In this document: positions 1-9,958 of the stretch, one piece after another
Position numbering within the stretch: position 1 is the stretch's first letter
How the letters are laid out: every line of letters starts with the position of its first letter
Origin: an uncultured Leptospirales bacterium
GTDB lineage: Bacteria > Spirochaetota > UBA4802 > UBA5550
Length of the DNA stretch: 64,000 nt
NCBI GenBank assembly: GCA_964491265.1
Contig: CAZBFP010000010.1
Location: forward strand, 2,233-66,232
Direction of reading: 5' to 3'
Notes under the pieces: generated by a model
Seen by the model: the letters and a program-made list of their open reading frames with translations, nothing else
The model's database searches: none
What the model was told of the DNA's origin: nothing
Program-made: the position numbers and the translations under genes

Positions 1-1598
1 AAAGAAGGCTGGTTATAATAAATGATTATGATTCTTATACCGGAAGGAGCGGTTATCCGGAAGGGCATGTGCCGATTACTAATTTTATGGCAGTGCCCAT
101 ATTTGATGGAGACAGAATTACTGCTGTAGGCGCAGTTGCCAACAGCACTATGCCATATGAAATAACGGATGTCCGTTCACTGATATCACTTTATGAAAGA
201 CTCTGGGAAATCATAAGGAGAAAGAAAAATGAAGAAACATTTCGTGAAAATGAAGCATTGCTTAAAAATATAACTGAGAATATGCACAATCTTGTTGCAT
301 TAACTGATATGCAGGGTAATTTTAAATTTGTAGCGAAATCTCACAATATCCTCGGTTATGAGCCTGAATATTTAATTGGGCGTAATGTGATGGAGTTTGT
401 TCACCCTGAAGATATTAGCTATGTTACTGAAGGATTTATTAAATGGTTAACAGAGGGGCAGGAGAGCGCAATAACTGAATACAGATATCGCTGCGCTGAC
501 GGCTCCTATACATGGCTTGAAACAGTGGGAAGATTAATCAGGGATGCTGAAGGTAATGTTAAAGAGCTTATATTCAGTTCCAGGGATGTTACAGAAAAAA
601 GGGAGGTTGAAGCTGATCTTCGAAAACTTGCTATAGCGCTTAACCAGAGCCCTTCCTGTATTGTTATTACCGGAACTGATGGCATTATAGAATATGTGAA
701 TCCAAAATTTGTAGAACTTACTGGATACAGTATTGATGAAGCAATAGGGAGGAATCCTTCAATTCTTCAATCAGGTTATACACCGGTTGCTGTTTACAGT
801 GAATTATGGAATACAATAAACTCGGGAAAAGTATGGCGGGGAAAATTTCAGAATAGAAAGAAGAATGGTGAACTTTATTGGGAATCAGCAATAATTGCCC
901 CTATATTAAATGATCAGGGTAAAGTAATCAATATTATGGCAATAAAAGATGACATCACTGATATGAAAAAATCAGAAGAATCTATCAGTCTTCTGCTAAA
1001 GGAAAAGGAACTTCTTCTAAAAGAGACCCATCACAGAATAAAAAATAACATGAACACAGTATGCGGGCTGCTTTACCTGCAGGCTGAAGAATTATCTGAC
1101 CCGATAAGTAAAGGTATAATAAAAGAAGCTGCATCGCGTGTACAGAGTATGATGGTAATGTATGATAAACTCTATCGATCTGAAAATCATTATGAAATGA
1201 ATGTTAGTGACTATCTCCCTTCTCTGATTGATGAAATAATCAGAATATTTGATTCCCGAATTCCGGTGAAAAAAGATATTCATGTTGATGATGTAGTGTT
1301 AAGCGCTAAAGCTCTTTCATCTCTGGGTATAATAATTAATGAGCTTATTACAAACTCCATGAAGTACGCTTTTGGTAATGTGAGTGAAGGCTTAATCTCT
1401 TTGTCACTGAGAGAGAAAGATGACAAGGTAACTGTTTTTTATAGTGATAACGGCCCCGGGCTTCCTGAATCAGTTAACTTTGATAATTCCACAGGATTCG
1501 GTATGCAGCTGATTGCAATGCTAATAAATCAGCTTGGAGGCGACATCAGAATTGAGCGCGGTGAAGGGGCCATGTTTGTATTCGAGTTTAATGTTTAA
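1..1598 (+). CDS. Sensor histidine kinase, 5'-truncated by the window edge: GAF-like end, PAS/PAC repeats, HisKA_2-type H-box and HATPase_c
   Basis: Frame is open from nt 3 with no upstream stop, so the listed GTG at 69 is probably internal. N-terminal fragment looks like a GAF C-terminus. H-box ETHHRIKNNMNTV is the HisKA_2 signature. C-terminal GFGMQL...IRIERGEG is an HATPase_c G2 region. Confidence 0.85.
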   Translation, partial: RRLVIINDYDSYTGRSGYPEGHVPITNFMAVPIFDGDRITAVGAVANSTMPYEITDVRSLISLYERLWEIIRRKKNEETFRENEALLKNITENMHNLVALTDMQGNFKFVAKSHNILGYEPEYLIGRNVMEFVHPEDISYVTEGFIKWLTEGQESAITEYRYRCADGSYTWLETVGRLIRDAEGNVKELIFSSRDVTEKREVEADLRKLAIALNQSPSCIVITGTDGIIEYVNPKFVELTGYSIDEAIGRNPSILQSGYTPVAVYSELWNTINSGKVWRGKFQNRKKNGELYWESAIIAPILNDQGKVINIMAIKDDITDMKKSEESISLLLKEKELLLKETHHRIKNNMNTVCGLLYLQAEELSDPISKGIIKEAASRVQSMMVMYDKLYRSENHYEMNVSDYLPSLIDEIIRIFDSRIPVKKDIHVDDVVLSAKALSSLGIIINELITNSMKYAFGNVSEGLISLSLREKDDKVTVFYSDNGPGLPESVNFDNSTGFGMQLIAMLINQLGGDIRIERGEGAMFVFEFNV

Positions 1599-1816
1599 TG
1601 TGATTTTTCTGATATTTATTATTAGCAGCCAAGTTGTGTAAACATTTTTGATAATATGTAAATTTTTTAATTCGTAATTGACTCAATTAGATTTTATTCT
1701 TGAAATATATTATTGTGATTTATAAAAAAGACTATCCGGGCTCTTTGGAATAATCATTTTCTGCATGGTTAAATCCGGCAATCGTCTCTTTAATATTATG
1801 TGATAGCGGAAAATAA

Positions 1817-4594
1817 ATGTTGAGTAAAACGATTCTCCTTGTAGAAGATGAAGCTATTATTGCTCTTTTACATAAAAAGAAATTAAATAAATACGGTTTT
1901 GATGTAGTAACTGCTGACACAGGTGAAAAGGCTGTTGAAATTGTCCGTTCAGATGCTCCAGTTGACTTAATATTAATGGACATAAATCTGGGCGATGGAA
2001 TAGACGGGACTGAAGCAGCAGAGATTATTCTAAAAATCCGTAATATTCCCCTTGTTTTTCTCTCCTCTCACACAGAACCGGAAGTTGTTGATAAAACTGA
2101 AGGGATTACATCCTACGGATATATTGTCAAGAATTCAGGGGAAACTGTTTTAATGGCTTCAATAAGGATGGCTTTTAAACTTTTTGATGCACACATAAAA
2201 AATAAAAGCTACAATCAAAATCTTGAAAAGATTAATAAAGAACTTATCCGTTCAGAAAATGAGCTGAAAGAAAGTGAAGAAAGATATAAGTCAATAATAT
2301 CTGTTTCAAATACCGGGGCCTGGGAATATCATTATGATGCCGATTATTTATGGTGCAGCCCGGAGTATTTTACAATGCTCGGCAGAGATCCCGATGATTT
2401 CATGATTGATGGCAGTGCTAATTTACAAGAGGCATGGAAGGATCTTATACATCCGGATGACCGGGGAGCTGTTTTAAAATTATTTTCTGATTACCTTGCA
2501 AACGGATCTAAAGGGATGTATGAGAATTATTTCCGTATGCTGCATAAAAGCGGAGAGTGGGTCTGGATAAGATCAAGAGGCCAGACTTTAAAAAATGTGG
2601 ATGGCAGCTTATCTGATTTAACAGTTGGTACACATATAGATATTACTGAATTGAAAATTGCCGAGAGAATAATAAAGAATAATAATCAGGAATTGGCAGA
2701 GTTAAACAGTGAGCTTCATAAAAAGAATATGCTTCTTCAGGAGCAGGAAAGAGAGTACCGGACTCTTTTTGAAAACACAGGTTCCGGAATTATTGTTATT
2801 GAAGAGGATACAACAATCAGTCTTGCCAATGATATCTTTGCAGCAAGACTTGGTTATACCAGAGATGAAATTGAGAATGTTAAAAAATGGACTGAGCTTG
2901 TTCATGAAGATGATCTTGATAGAATGCTTGAACAGCATAGATTGAGAAGAGATGATCCTGACAAGGCTGATTCAAGTTATGAATTCAGGTTTAAAGCCAG
3001 GTCAGGTGAATATATGGATACGCTATTGTTTATTTCTATGCTTCCGGGAACCAGCAGGAGCATTGCTTCATTAATTGATATTACAGCTAATAAAACTGCT
3101 ATAGAATCCGCAAAAAGGTATAGAATGAAGCTGGAAGGTGCTTATGAAGAACTGGAAGCTGCTTATGAAGAACTGGAAGCGACTAATGAGGAGATTGAAG
3201 CTTCCATGCAGGAACTTGCCAGTACCGCCAGGGATCTGCAGGAGAGTGAGGCTAAATTCCGGAGTCTTGCTGAATCAGTGCCTGTTGCGATAATGATGTA
3301 TCAGGATGATAAATGGATATACGTGAATCCGGCAGCTGAAAAGATGTCCGGTTACTCTAAAGAAGAATTACTGGATATGAAGTTCTGGGATTTTGTCGCT
3401 CCGGAACATCAGAGTAAAGTAAAAGAAACAGGTCAAGGAAGGCAGAGGGATCTGAAATCTGATCCGGATTATGAATTTAAAATTATATCAAAAGATGGAA
3501 TAGAAAAATGGGTACATCTCTATGGATCAACTGTTTTGCATATGGGAAAGCATACAGGCTTGATATCTGTTATTGATATAACTGAAAATAAAGAAATAGC
3601 AGAAAAACTTAAGTTGAGTGAACATAAATATAGAAAAATATTTGAAAATGCTCAGGACGTTTTATATCAGACGGATATTGATGGAACTATTATTGAAATA
3701 AGCCCTTCAATAGAAAAGTATTCCGATTTTACCCGTGAGGATTTAATCGGCACCCCTGTACAAAATGTTTATCAGGATCCGGATGACAGGAATAAACTGA
3801 TTAAGCTTATGCTTGAAAAAGGAGAAGTTGTTGATTACGAGTTAAGACTTAAATCTAAAGATGACCGTTTAATAATTACCGCAATCAGCTCTAACATTGT
3901 GTATGATTCACTAGGTAAGCCTATAAGTATTGAAGGTTCGTTACGTGACATTACAGAGCGAAAAAAGACTGAGGAGAAAATTAGTCTTCTGCTGGCTGAA
4001 AAGGATCTTCTTTTAAAAGAAGTTCACCACCGTATCAAGAATAATATGAATACAATAAAAGGGCTTCTTACTCTGCAGATTCATTCAGAAGATAATCCCC
4101 AGGTTGTAGCATCTCTTCAAAGTGCAGAAAGCCGTGTTCACAGCATGTTGATGCTATATGACAGGCTTTATTCAGCAAATAATTACCGTGAACTTTCTGT
4201 GAAAGAATATCTTGCGCCGTTAGCATCAGAAATTATCGGAAGTTTTCCGTGCAGTAATAAAGTTGCTATTGAAACAGATATCGATGATTTTATATTAAAT
4301 GTAAGGATGCTTTCTCCGCTGGGAATAATAGTAAACGAGCTGCTCACAAATATGATGAAATATGCTTTTGCCGGGAGAGATTCAGGTAAAATATTTTTAT
4401 CAGCTGAAATGGAGAACAACAGGGTAAGGGTTGTGATAGAGGATAATGGATCGGGTCTTCCTGAAGCAGTAAATTTCGGAAGTTCCACAGGTTTCGGCCT
4501 TGATCTGGTTAAAATGCTTACAGATCAGATAGAGGGGAGCATCAGAATTGAGCGTGGTGAAGGGACAAGATTTATACTGGAGTTTGATGTTTAA
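1817..4594 (+). CDS. Hybrid response-regulator receiver / multi-PAS / HisKA_2 sensor histidine kinase (925 aa), paralog of the upstream kinase
   Basis: N-terminal REC domain (LLVEDE...DLILMDINLGDGIDG). Several PAS/PAC blocks and a coiled-coil linker. H-box EVHHRIKNNMNTIKG. HATPase_c tail (GFGLDL...IRIERGEG) about 65% identical to the upstream kinase tail. Confidence 0.85.
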   Translation: MLSKTILLVEDEAIIALLHKKKLNKYGFDVVTADTGEKAVEIVRSDAPVDLILMDINLGDGIDGTEAAEIILKIRNIPLVFLSSHTEPEVVDKTEGITSYGYIVKNSGETVLMASIRMAFKLFDAHIKNKSYNQNLEKINKELIRSENELKESEERYKSIISVSNTGAWEYHYDADYLWCSPEYFTMLGRDPDDFMIDGSANLQEAWKDLIHPDDRGAVLKLFSDYLANGSKGMYENYFRMLHKSGEWVWIRSRGQTLKNVDGSLSDLTVGTHIDITELKIAERIIKNNNQELAELNSELHKKNMLLQEQEREYRTLFENTGSGIIVIEEDTTISLANDIFAARLGYTRDEIENVKKWTELVHEDDLDRMLEQHRLRRDDPDKADSSYEFRFKARSGEYMDTLLFISMLPGTSRSIASLIDITANKTAIESAKRYRMKLEGAYEELEAAYEELEATNEEIEASMQELASTARDLQESEAKFRSLAESVPVAIMMYQDDKWIYVNPAAEKMSGYSKEELLDMKFWDFVAPEHQSKVKETGQGRQRDLKSDPDYEFKIISKDGIEKWVHLYGSTVLHMGKHTGLISVIDITENKEIAEKLKLSEHKYRKIFENAQDVLYQTDIDGTIIEISPSIEKYSDFTREDLIGTPVQNVYQDPDDRNKLIKLMLEKGEVVDYELRLKSKDDRLIITAISSNIVYDSLGKPISIEGSLRDITERKKTEEKISLLLAEKDLLLKEVHHRIKNNMNTIKGLLTLQIHSEDNPQVVASLQSAESRVHSMLMLYDRLYSANNYRELSVKEYLAPLASEIIGSFPCSNKVAIETDIDDFILNVRMLSPLGIIVNELLTNMMKYAFAGRDSGKIFLSAEMENNRVRVVIEDNGSGLPEAVNFGSSTGFGLDLVKMLTDQIEGSIRIERGEGTRFILEFDV
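3140..3181 (+). repeat. Perfect in-frame 21-bp tandem duplication (gcttatgaagaactggaagc x2) encoding AYEELEA-AYEELEA in the coiled-coil linker of the hybrid kinase
   Basis: Direct inspection: units at 3140-3160 and 3161-3181 differ only at the last base. Confidence 0.8.
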
Positions 4595-4977
4595 TGTGAT
4601 TTTTCAGAGAGGGTGTGTGGATGTCAGTGCTTGTTAATTTTAAAAGTGAATATAAAGTGAATTCAGAATATGACTGGTTTAACTTTGAATTCTGCAATTA
4701 ACGTATTGGTAAAAGCCGATGCATAATCTGTTCTAATGAGAATTGCCCCGGCAGATTTATTTAACAGCTGATTGTTATTCATCATGAATTTAAATTTTCT
4801 ACTGTTTTTAATGATGTTTTGTATATAAGACAAATCGCATATACCTGCATATTAATATCTGGAATTGATATTCAGGTCAAAATAAATATATAATCCTGAT
4901 TTATATTTATCTTGATAATAATCCCTCTATCTATAACAGTGATAAAGAATAATCAAATCCAGAGGCAGCAGCAGATA

Positions 4978-5589
4978 ATGATAAATTCCCATGATATTCT
5001 ATTCTTCGTAAACACATCCATTAAATTCTTTTTTCTCCTAACACCATTCTTTGCACTGACCATGTTCCTTGCAATGACCGACGGTATGAATAATTCAGCC
5101 AGGAAAAAGCTATCAGTTAAAATTACTATATCCGTCTATATCTCATGTCTTATACTCTTCCTTTTCGGTTCAGAGATATTCAGCATATTCGGTATTACCA
5201 TTGATGCATTTAGAATAGGAACAGGGTCGCTCCTTTTTATTACCGCAGCAGGTCTGGTTCACTCAAAAGCAGCCCAGACTGCCGTATACAACTTCGAGGA
5301 TGATATTGCAGTTGTCCCTCTTGCGATACCTGTAATTGTAGGCCCCGCTACCATCGGAGCAATCCTGGTTATGGGGGTCGAGATAGAGACTTTCAAACTT
5401 AAATTAATAGGTTTGTCAGCACTCTTTACCTCAATATTTTTTGTCGGGACGATGCTCTATCTGGCCTCCTATCTTGAAAATGTTTTAAAGAGAAAGGGTC
5501 TTATTATCATCAGTAAAATCACCGGGCTTATTCTGTCAGCCCTTGCGGCACAGCTTGTATTCACAGGGATAAAGAATTTCATGAAGTAA
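4978..5589 (+). CDS. marC: MarC-family (UPF0056) integral membrane protein
   Basis: IAVVPLAIPVIVGPATIGA and ISKITGLILSALAAQLVFTGI match the conserved MarC blocks (IAFVPLAMPSTAGPGTIA and [21 protein letters not shown]). ATG at 4978 chosen over the ORF-track start at 4912, which adds a non-conserved leader. Confidence 0.75.
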   Translation: MINSHDILFFVNTSIKFFFLLTPFFALTMFLAMTDGMNNSARKKLSVKITISVYISCLILFLFGSEIFSIFGITIDAFRIGTGSLLFITAAGLVHSKAAQTAVYNFEDDIAVVPLAIPVIVGPATIGAILVMGVEIETFKLKLIGLSALFTSIFFVGTMLYLASYLENVLKRKGLIIISKITGLILSALAAQLVFTGIKNFMK

Positions 5590-6576
5590 CTGCTCAAGTC
5601 CAGCTGCGGGTGGATGTGCTGAGTCTGCGTCGCACTTAGTATGTTGAAGTGTCAGGGGCCGGGAGAGGAATCCTGGGCATAGGTAATCAGCCCCGGGCAG
5701 ATAGCGTCGATATCAGGCTCTATTGCTATACAGGAAAGAGATCCGGTTATTGAAGCATAAAAACTATTTTCGGGCGTTAACAGGCCGGTAAACTCTCCGG
5801 CATTAAAACATACTCCCCTTTGTTGTTATTTTCCAGATGCCCTTTACTTTCTCAGCCATAACCCATTTCTCGGCTTTTGATTTATCTTTATATGTAATAA
5901 CAACAGTAACATTTGAAAGCAGCTTATTTTTTTTATTTATCTTTTCTTTGAGAGAGAGTGAAACTATCTGTCTATTCATGGTGAGGTTACTGTCGCAGTG
6001 CTGCCGGTACTCCTCAATAGTTATCTCTCCGCTGTTCACCGGACGATGGTATCAGTCAAACGGCAGCGGAAGGATCCGTTTTGAGTTTAACAGCGACCTG
6101 TCGGCTTTTACCGGCAAATGGGGCAGGGGTGATGCTGAACCGCGCGCAGCATGGGACGGGACAAAGGTCCAACCCTGAATTGAATTTAAGGCTTTTTGAT
6201 ATTAGTGCAACTAAATCTGTTATGCGAATATATTGGAGTTGACTGAGGACAATTCTCTCCTTAATTATTGTGCATCGTTCCTTTCAGCTTCCCGAATTCT
6301 CCGAGTCAATTTATTTTCAATATAATCGCATATCTACAGAATTATCAATAATTTATAGCAACAACAAGCCTTAACTTCTACTAAATAAAGATTGTAATTT
6401 ATAGTATATGTCTGTATGTTGATAATATTATGTGTCTAAAGGTGTAATATTATCACATTATTCAACTGTTTACATTAAAAACAGGGTGTTTCTGATATTT
6501 TATAATCTTAAGCATGTATGTAGAATATATGCCTTCTGTTGAAAACTCTGTTTAATTTATAGTAAATGAGAAAGAA

Positions 6577-8091
6577 ATGAATGAACGAATAGCAAATGCT
6601 CTTGAAGAAGCGAGGAAAGTAAGTGATGAAGGTATTATTCTTTCAGAACGGCTTTCTCCTAAATCAAGGGAAATACTAATAAATGCAGGATTCCTGGAAC
6701 GGATTGTCCGGGGCTGGTATATGCTTGTTTCTCCGGAATCTTCAGGCAGCAGTACTCCCTGGTTCAGTATGTACTGGCAATTCCTGAAACAGTATCTGGT
6801 TCAGCGTTTTGGTCAGTCAGGGTATTGTCTTTCGCCGCAGTCCTCTCTTGATATTTATACAGGGGAAACAACTGTCCCGGAGCAGATAATTATACTTACA
6901 GATAAAAACAGCAATACTACAGTACAGCTCCCCCGGGGGATATCTCTTCTTCTTTATCAGGATAGTAAATCCATACCTGAAAAACCCGGTAGGATTAACG
7001 GATTAAATCTTATGCCTCTCCCGTACGCAATAGCAAAGGCCTCTCCTGCCTATTATCAGAATAAATCAGATAATATTCAAATAGCTTTATCACTTGTTGA
7101 ATCTGTGTCAGATATCACAAGAGTACTTATTGAAACAGGGAGTATTGCAGCTGCTGAAAGGATTGCAGGAGCATATCTTGAAATTGGCAACAGTTCAGCT
7201 TCACAGACTGTTGTTAAGGATATGAAGCTGGCGGGTTATTCTGTTAAACCTGTAAATCCCTTTATATCAATTGTTCCTTTAATTGGTACAGGCAGGTTCC
7301 GTTCACCATATTCCCCGCGAATCATTGCTATGTGGAACAACTTCAGAGGCCCGGTAATTGATATGTTCCCGGAGCCTGTGATAAAAATAGATAACTCTGA
7401 TCCTGATAATGTAATAAAGAGAATCCGGGAGAATATTACTGAAGACGCATATCACTCCCTCTCTATTGAGGGGTACAGGGTTACAGATGATCTTATCAAA
7501 AGGGTCAGATCCGGGGAATGGAATCCTGATAAAGAAATATCAGACAGTAATCTCCGTGATACTCTTGCGGCTAAGGGGTATTCTCTTGCTTATGATGCAG
7601 TTCTTGACAGTGTAACTGAAGCATTAAAGGGGGGTAATCCCGGAAAGATATTTAAAGAGAGTCTGCCGGACTGGTATCGTCAGCTTTTTTACTCCATGGC
7701 CCAGGCAGGTATATTAAGATCAACAGATCTTATCGGATATAGAAGAAATCAGGTTTATATTAAAGATGCTCATCACATCCCGCCCCCTTATGAATCTGTT
7801 ATTGATGCCATGGATACACTCTTTGATCTGCTTCAGAAAGAGGAGAGCGGAGCTGTAAGGGCTTTACTTGGTCATTACTTTTTTGTATATATTCATCCTT
7901 ATATGGATGGTAATGGCAGACTGGCAAGATTTCTTATGAATTTAATGCTCGTTACTGCCGGATACCCCTGGACCATAATCCGGGTAACTGAAAGAGCAGG
8001 TTACATGAAGTCACTTGATCTGGTGGCCAGAGAGAAAGATATAAGGCCATTTACCAGGTTTATTATTCAGGAGATGATGGTAAATCATTGA
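6577..8091 (+). CDS. Fic/Doc-family protein (504 aa) with long N-terminal extension
   Basis: Canonical Fic motif HPYMDGNGRLARF (HPFx[DE]GNGR) near the C-terminus. Confidence 0.85.
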   Translation: MNERIANALEEARKVSDEGIILSERLSPKSREILINAGFLERIVRGWYMLVSPESSGSSTPWFSMYWQFLKQYLVQRFGQSGYCLSPQSSLDIYTGETTVPEQIIILTDKNSNTTVQLPRGISLLLYQDSKSIPEKPGRINGLNLMPLPYAIAKASPAYYQNKSDNIQIALSLVESVSDITRVLIETGSIAAAERIAGAYLEIGNSSASQTVVKDMKLAGYSVKPVNPFISIVPLIGTGRFRSPYSPRIIAMWNNFRGPVIDMFPEPVIKIDNSDPDNVIKRIRENITEDAYHSLSIEGYRVTDDLIKRVRSGEWNPDKEISDSNLRDTLAAKGYSLAYDAVLDSVTEALKGGNPGKIFKESLPDWYRQLFYSMAQAGILRSTDLIGYRRNQVYIKDAHHIPPPYESVIDAMDTLFDLLQKEESGAVRALLGHYFFVYIHPYMDGNGRLARFLMNLMLVTAGYPWTIIRVTERAGYMKSLDLVAREKDIRPFTRFIIQEMMVNH

Positions 8092-8126
8092 GTTTATAAA
8101 GAGGATATTAGTATCCAGCAGATATT

Positions 8127-8375
8127 TCAAATTCTATCGTCCCACTCTGATCTTATACTTTTCTGCCACTGGACAGGATCATTAATTTTATTTTTTAAAA
8201 TACCTGAAGTACTTTTTAATATACTTTCGTTATTAATCTTTTGTTTATCATCATAATTGTCATCTAAAGGTAATACAAGAATTTCAACCCTTTTGTTCAA
8301 ATACTCTTCAGGAATGCATAGATTATAGTCCCGTTTTTTAGGAATAATTATTTCTCTTAACATCCAGTCCTCCAT
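8127..8375 (-). CDS. Small AbrB/MazE/SpoVT-like DNA-binding protein (putative orphan antitoxin), convergent with the Fic gene
   Basis: REIIIPKKRDYNLCIPEEYLNKRVEILVLP resembles a swapped-hairpin AbrB/MazE fold. Acidic C-terminus DPVQWQKSIRSEWDD is typical of MazE/VapB-type antitoxin tails. No cognate toxin on the same strand. Confidence 0.35.
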   Translation of the reverse strand: MEDWMLREIIIPKKRDYNLCIPEEYLNKRVEILVLPLDDNYDDKQKINNESILKSTSGILKNKINDPVQWQKSIRSEWDDRI

Positions 8376-8686
8376 GCATTAATACACCGGCTGAGTTTAT
8401 CCGGTTTTATTCTCTTAATAAATACTATAATAAGAGCAGGATTAAACTCCGTCAACAAAAAAGATAAATGACTGCGGCAGATTCCAATCGGTGTTGAGAG
8501 ATGATGATGAAAAATAGAGTAATTTTAATCCACGGATTTATCAAGTTAATGAACGTATATAACAATCCTGTGAAAGACTTAATTGGTAGTCTCGGGATTC
8601 AATTATCTGCTTGACTATACAAATATAATATATACTCTAAAATATAGTTTTAAGTGAGCCGATAAATAAAGTAGACTAACGAAAAT

Positions 8687-8791
8687 ATGGCACAGCTCTT
8701 TAATACAACCCAACAGAACATAAGTCAGCATATCCAGAATATATATGAGGAACAGGAGCTGACACCGGAGGGAACTTTAAAAGAGAGGTGA
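8687..8791 (+). pseudogene. 34-codon remnant duplicating the RhuM-family N-terminal motif, ending 3 nt before the DUF2283 start
   Basis: MAQLFNTTQQNISQHIQNIYEEQELTPEGTLKER parallels LATLCDVSVPAINQHIKNIYDDHELDAEATIKK of the RhuM gene at 9236. The stop TGA lies inside aGGTGAattATG, which also serves as the RBS for the next gene. Confidence 0.5.
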
Positions 8792-8794
8792 ATT

Positions 8795-9031
8795 ATGGAA
8801 TTAAGTTATGATTCGAAATTTAATATCGCCTATATAAGGTTAAGAACCGGTGTTGAAGAGGTTGAAACTATTAAGATCAGCGAAGAACTGAATATTGATA
8901 TATCACCTGACGGAAAAGTTTACGGTATAGAATTGCTGAACGCCGGTGATCAGCTGGGAATGCTTGAAGGTAAACCTTTTACATTTATAAATGAAGCTAA
9001 AAACACAAAAACAGAAGTGCAGATTGCCTAA
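8795..9031 (+). CDS. DUF2283-family small protein
   Basis: YDSKFNIAYIRLRTGVEE...DGKVYGIELLNAG follows the DUF2283 pattern (YD.e.D.lYI.l.....GIEIL.A). Confidence 0.65.
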   Translation: MELSYDSKFNIAYIRLRTGVEEVETIKISEELNIDISPDGKVYGIELLNAGDQLGMLEGKPFTFINEAKNTKTEVQIA

Positions 9032-9235
9032 CCTTTTTTCAGGTATAAAATCTGATAATGAATGATTCTTGCGTCAGTGACTGCGATTATATAGTAATTT
9101 TTGATCATACCATGCGTCACCTTTTTTTACAAAGGGGTTAATCCAGTCTCAGGATGTGCAGAAAAGTTCCTGCCTCTTTATATGCAGTGGGCCGGGGGGA
9201 TGGGGTCTGAAGAGTTTACAAATAGAGAGTATTAA

Positions 9236-9958
9236 ATGGTAAAAAAAGATAAGCCGGTCATCACCATACGCAGTTTTGCTGCCGAATATCTGACCTATGT
9301 TGCCTCTGCTGGTGACAGTGAAAATAGTTTTGAAGTCCGCTATGAAGATGAAAATATATGGTTAACTCAAAAAATGCTGGCAACACTTTGTGATGTTTCT
9401 GTTCCGGCAATTAATCAGCACATCAAAAATATTTATGATGACCATGAATTGGATGCAGAGGCAACTATTAAGAAATACTTAACAGTTCAAAATGAGGGCA
9501 ACAGGAGTGTGAGCAGAGAGGTGGCTCATTATAACCTGCAGATGATTATAGCCGTAGGATTTAAAGTGAACTCGGAACGGGCTGTTCAATTCCGGAAATG
9601 GGTTAACCAGATTGCAAAAGATTACACCATTAAGGGCTGGGTTATGGATGATGAGCGTCTTAAAAAAGGAACTTATCTGACTGACAAATATTATGAGGAA
9701 CAGCTTGAACGTATAAGAGAAATCCGTTCAAGTAAGAGAAAATTCTATCAAAAGATTACTGACCTTTATGCAACAGCTTTTGATTATGACAAAACAGCAA
9801 AATCAACATATCGTTTTTATGCCACCGTTCAAAATAAAATGCATTTCGCGGTACATGGGCATACAGCTGCTGAATTGATTACAGAACGTGCGAATAGTGA
9901 AAAGAAATATATGGGGCTTACAACATGGCAGGATGCACCGGAATACGCAATTAAATAG
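9236..9958 (+). CDS. RhuM-family virulence protein (Virulence_RhuM), apparently C-terminally truncated or frameshifted at 240 aa
   Basis: INQHIKNIY and HYNLQMIIAVGFKVNSERAVQFRKWVNQIAKDYTIKGWVMDDERLKKG match the RhuM core (YNLDAIIAVGYRVNS..QFRQWAT). Homologs as recalled are about 330 aa. An out-of-frame ORF (9888-10190) continues after the stop. Confidence 0.65.
   Translation: MVKKDKPVITIRSFAAEYLTYVASAGDSENSFEVRYEDENIWLTQKMLATLCDVSVPAINQHIKNIYDDHELDAEATIKKYLTVQNEGNRSVSREVAHYNLQMIIAVGFKVNSERAVQFRKWVNQIAKDYTIKGWVMDDERLKKGTYLTDKYYEEQLERIREIRSSKRKFYQKITDLYATAFDYDKTAKSTYRFYATVQNKMHFAVHGHTAAELITERANSEKKYMGLTTWQDAPEYAIK

Noticed and set aside
4183-4488. 101-aa minus-strand ORF inside the hybrid kinase gene, and similar antisense ORFs inside liv, opp, PBP and CNNM genes
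   Set aside because: Antisense to strongly supported genes and without motifs. Typical shadow ORFs.
5837-6178. 113-aa plus-strand ORF
   Set aside because: Low-complexity, composition-driven translation spanning the GC patch, with no motif or RBS. The overlapping minus-strand fragments are equally plausible, so neither is called.
5590-6180. tmRNA, RNase P RNA or SRP RNA in the GC-rich patch
   Set aside because: No tRNA-like T-arm (GGTTCGANTCC) near a 3' end, no RNase P P4 consensus, and only a weak partial resemblance to the SRP domain IV motif. Not supportable without Infernal.
6000-6300. Direct repeat of the tRNA-Arg 3' end (attL) at the left island boundary
   Set aside because: Searched by eye for ggattcgaacc / acgcccggc-like strings between 5590 and 6600 and found none. 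The boundary may be decayed, or a computational search may be needed.
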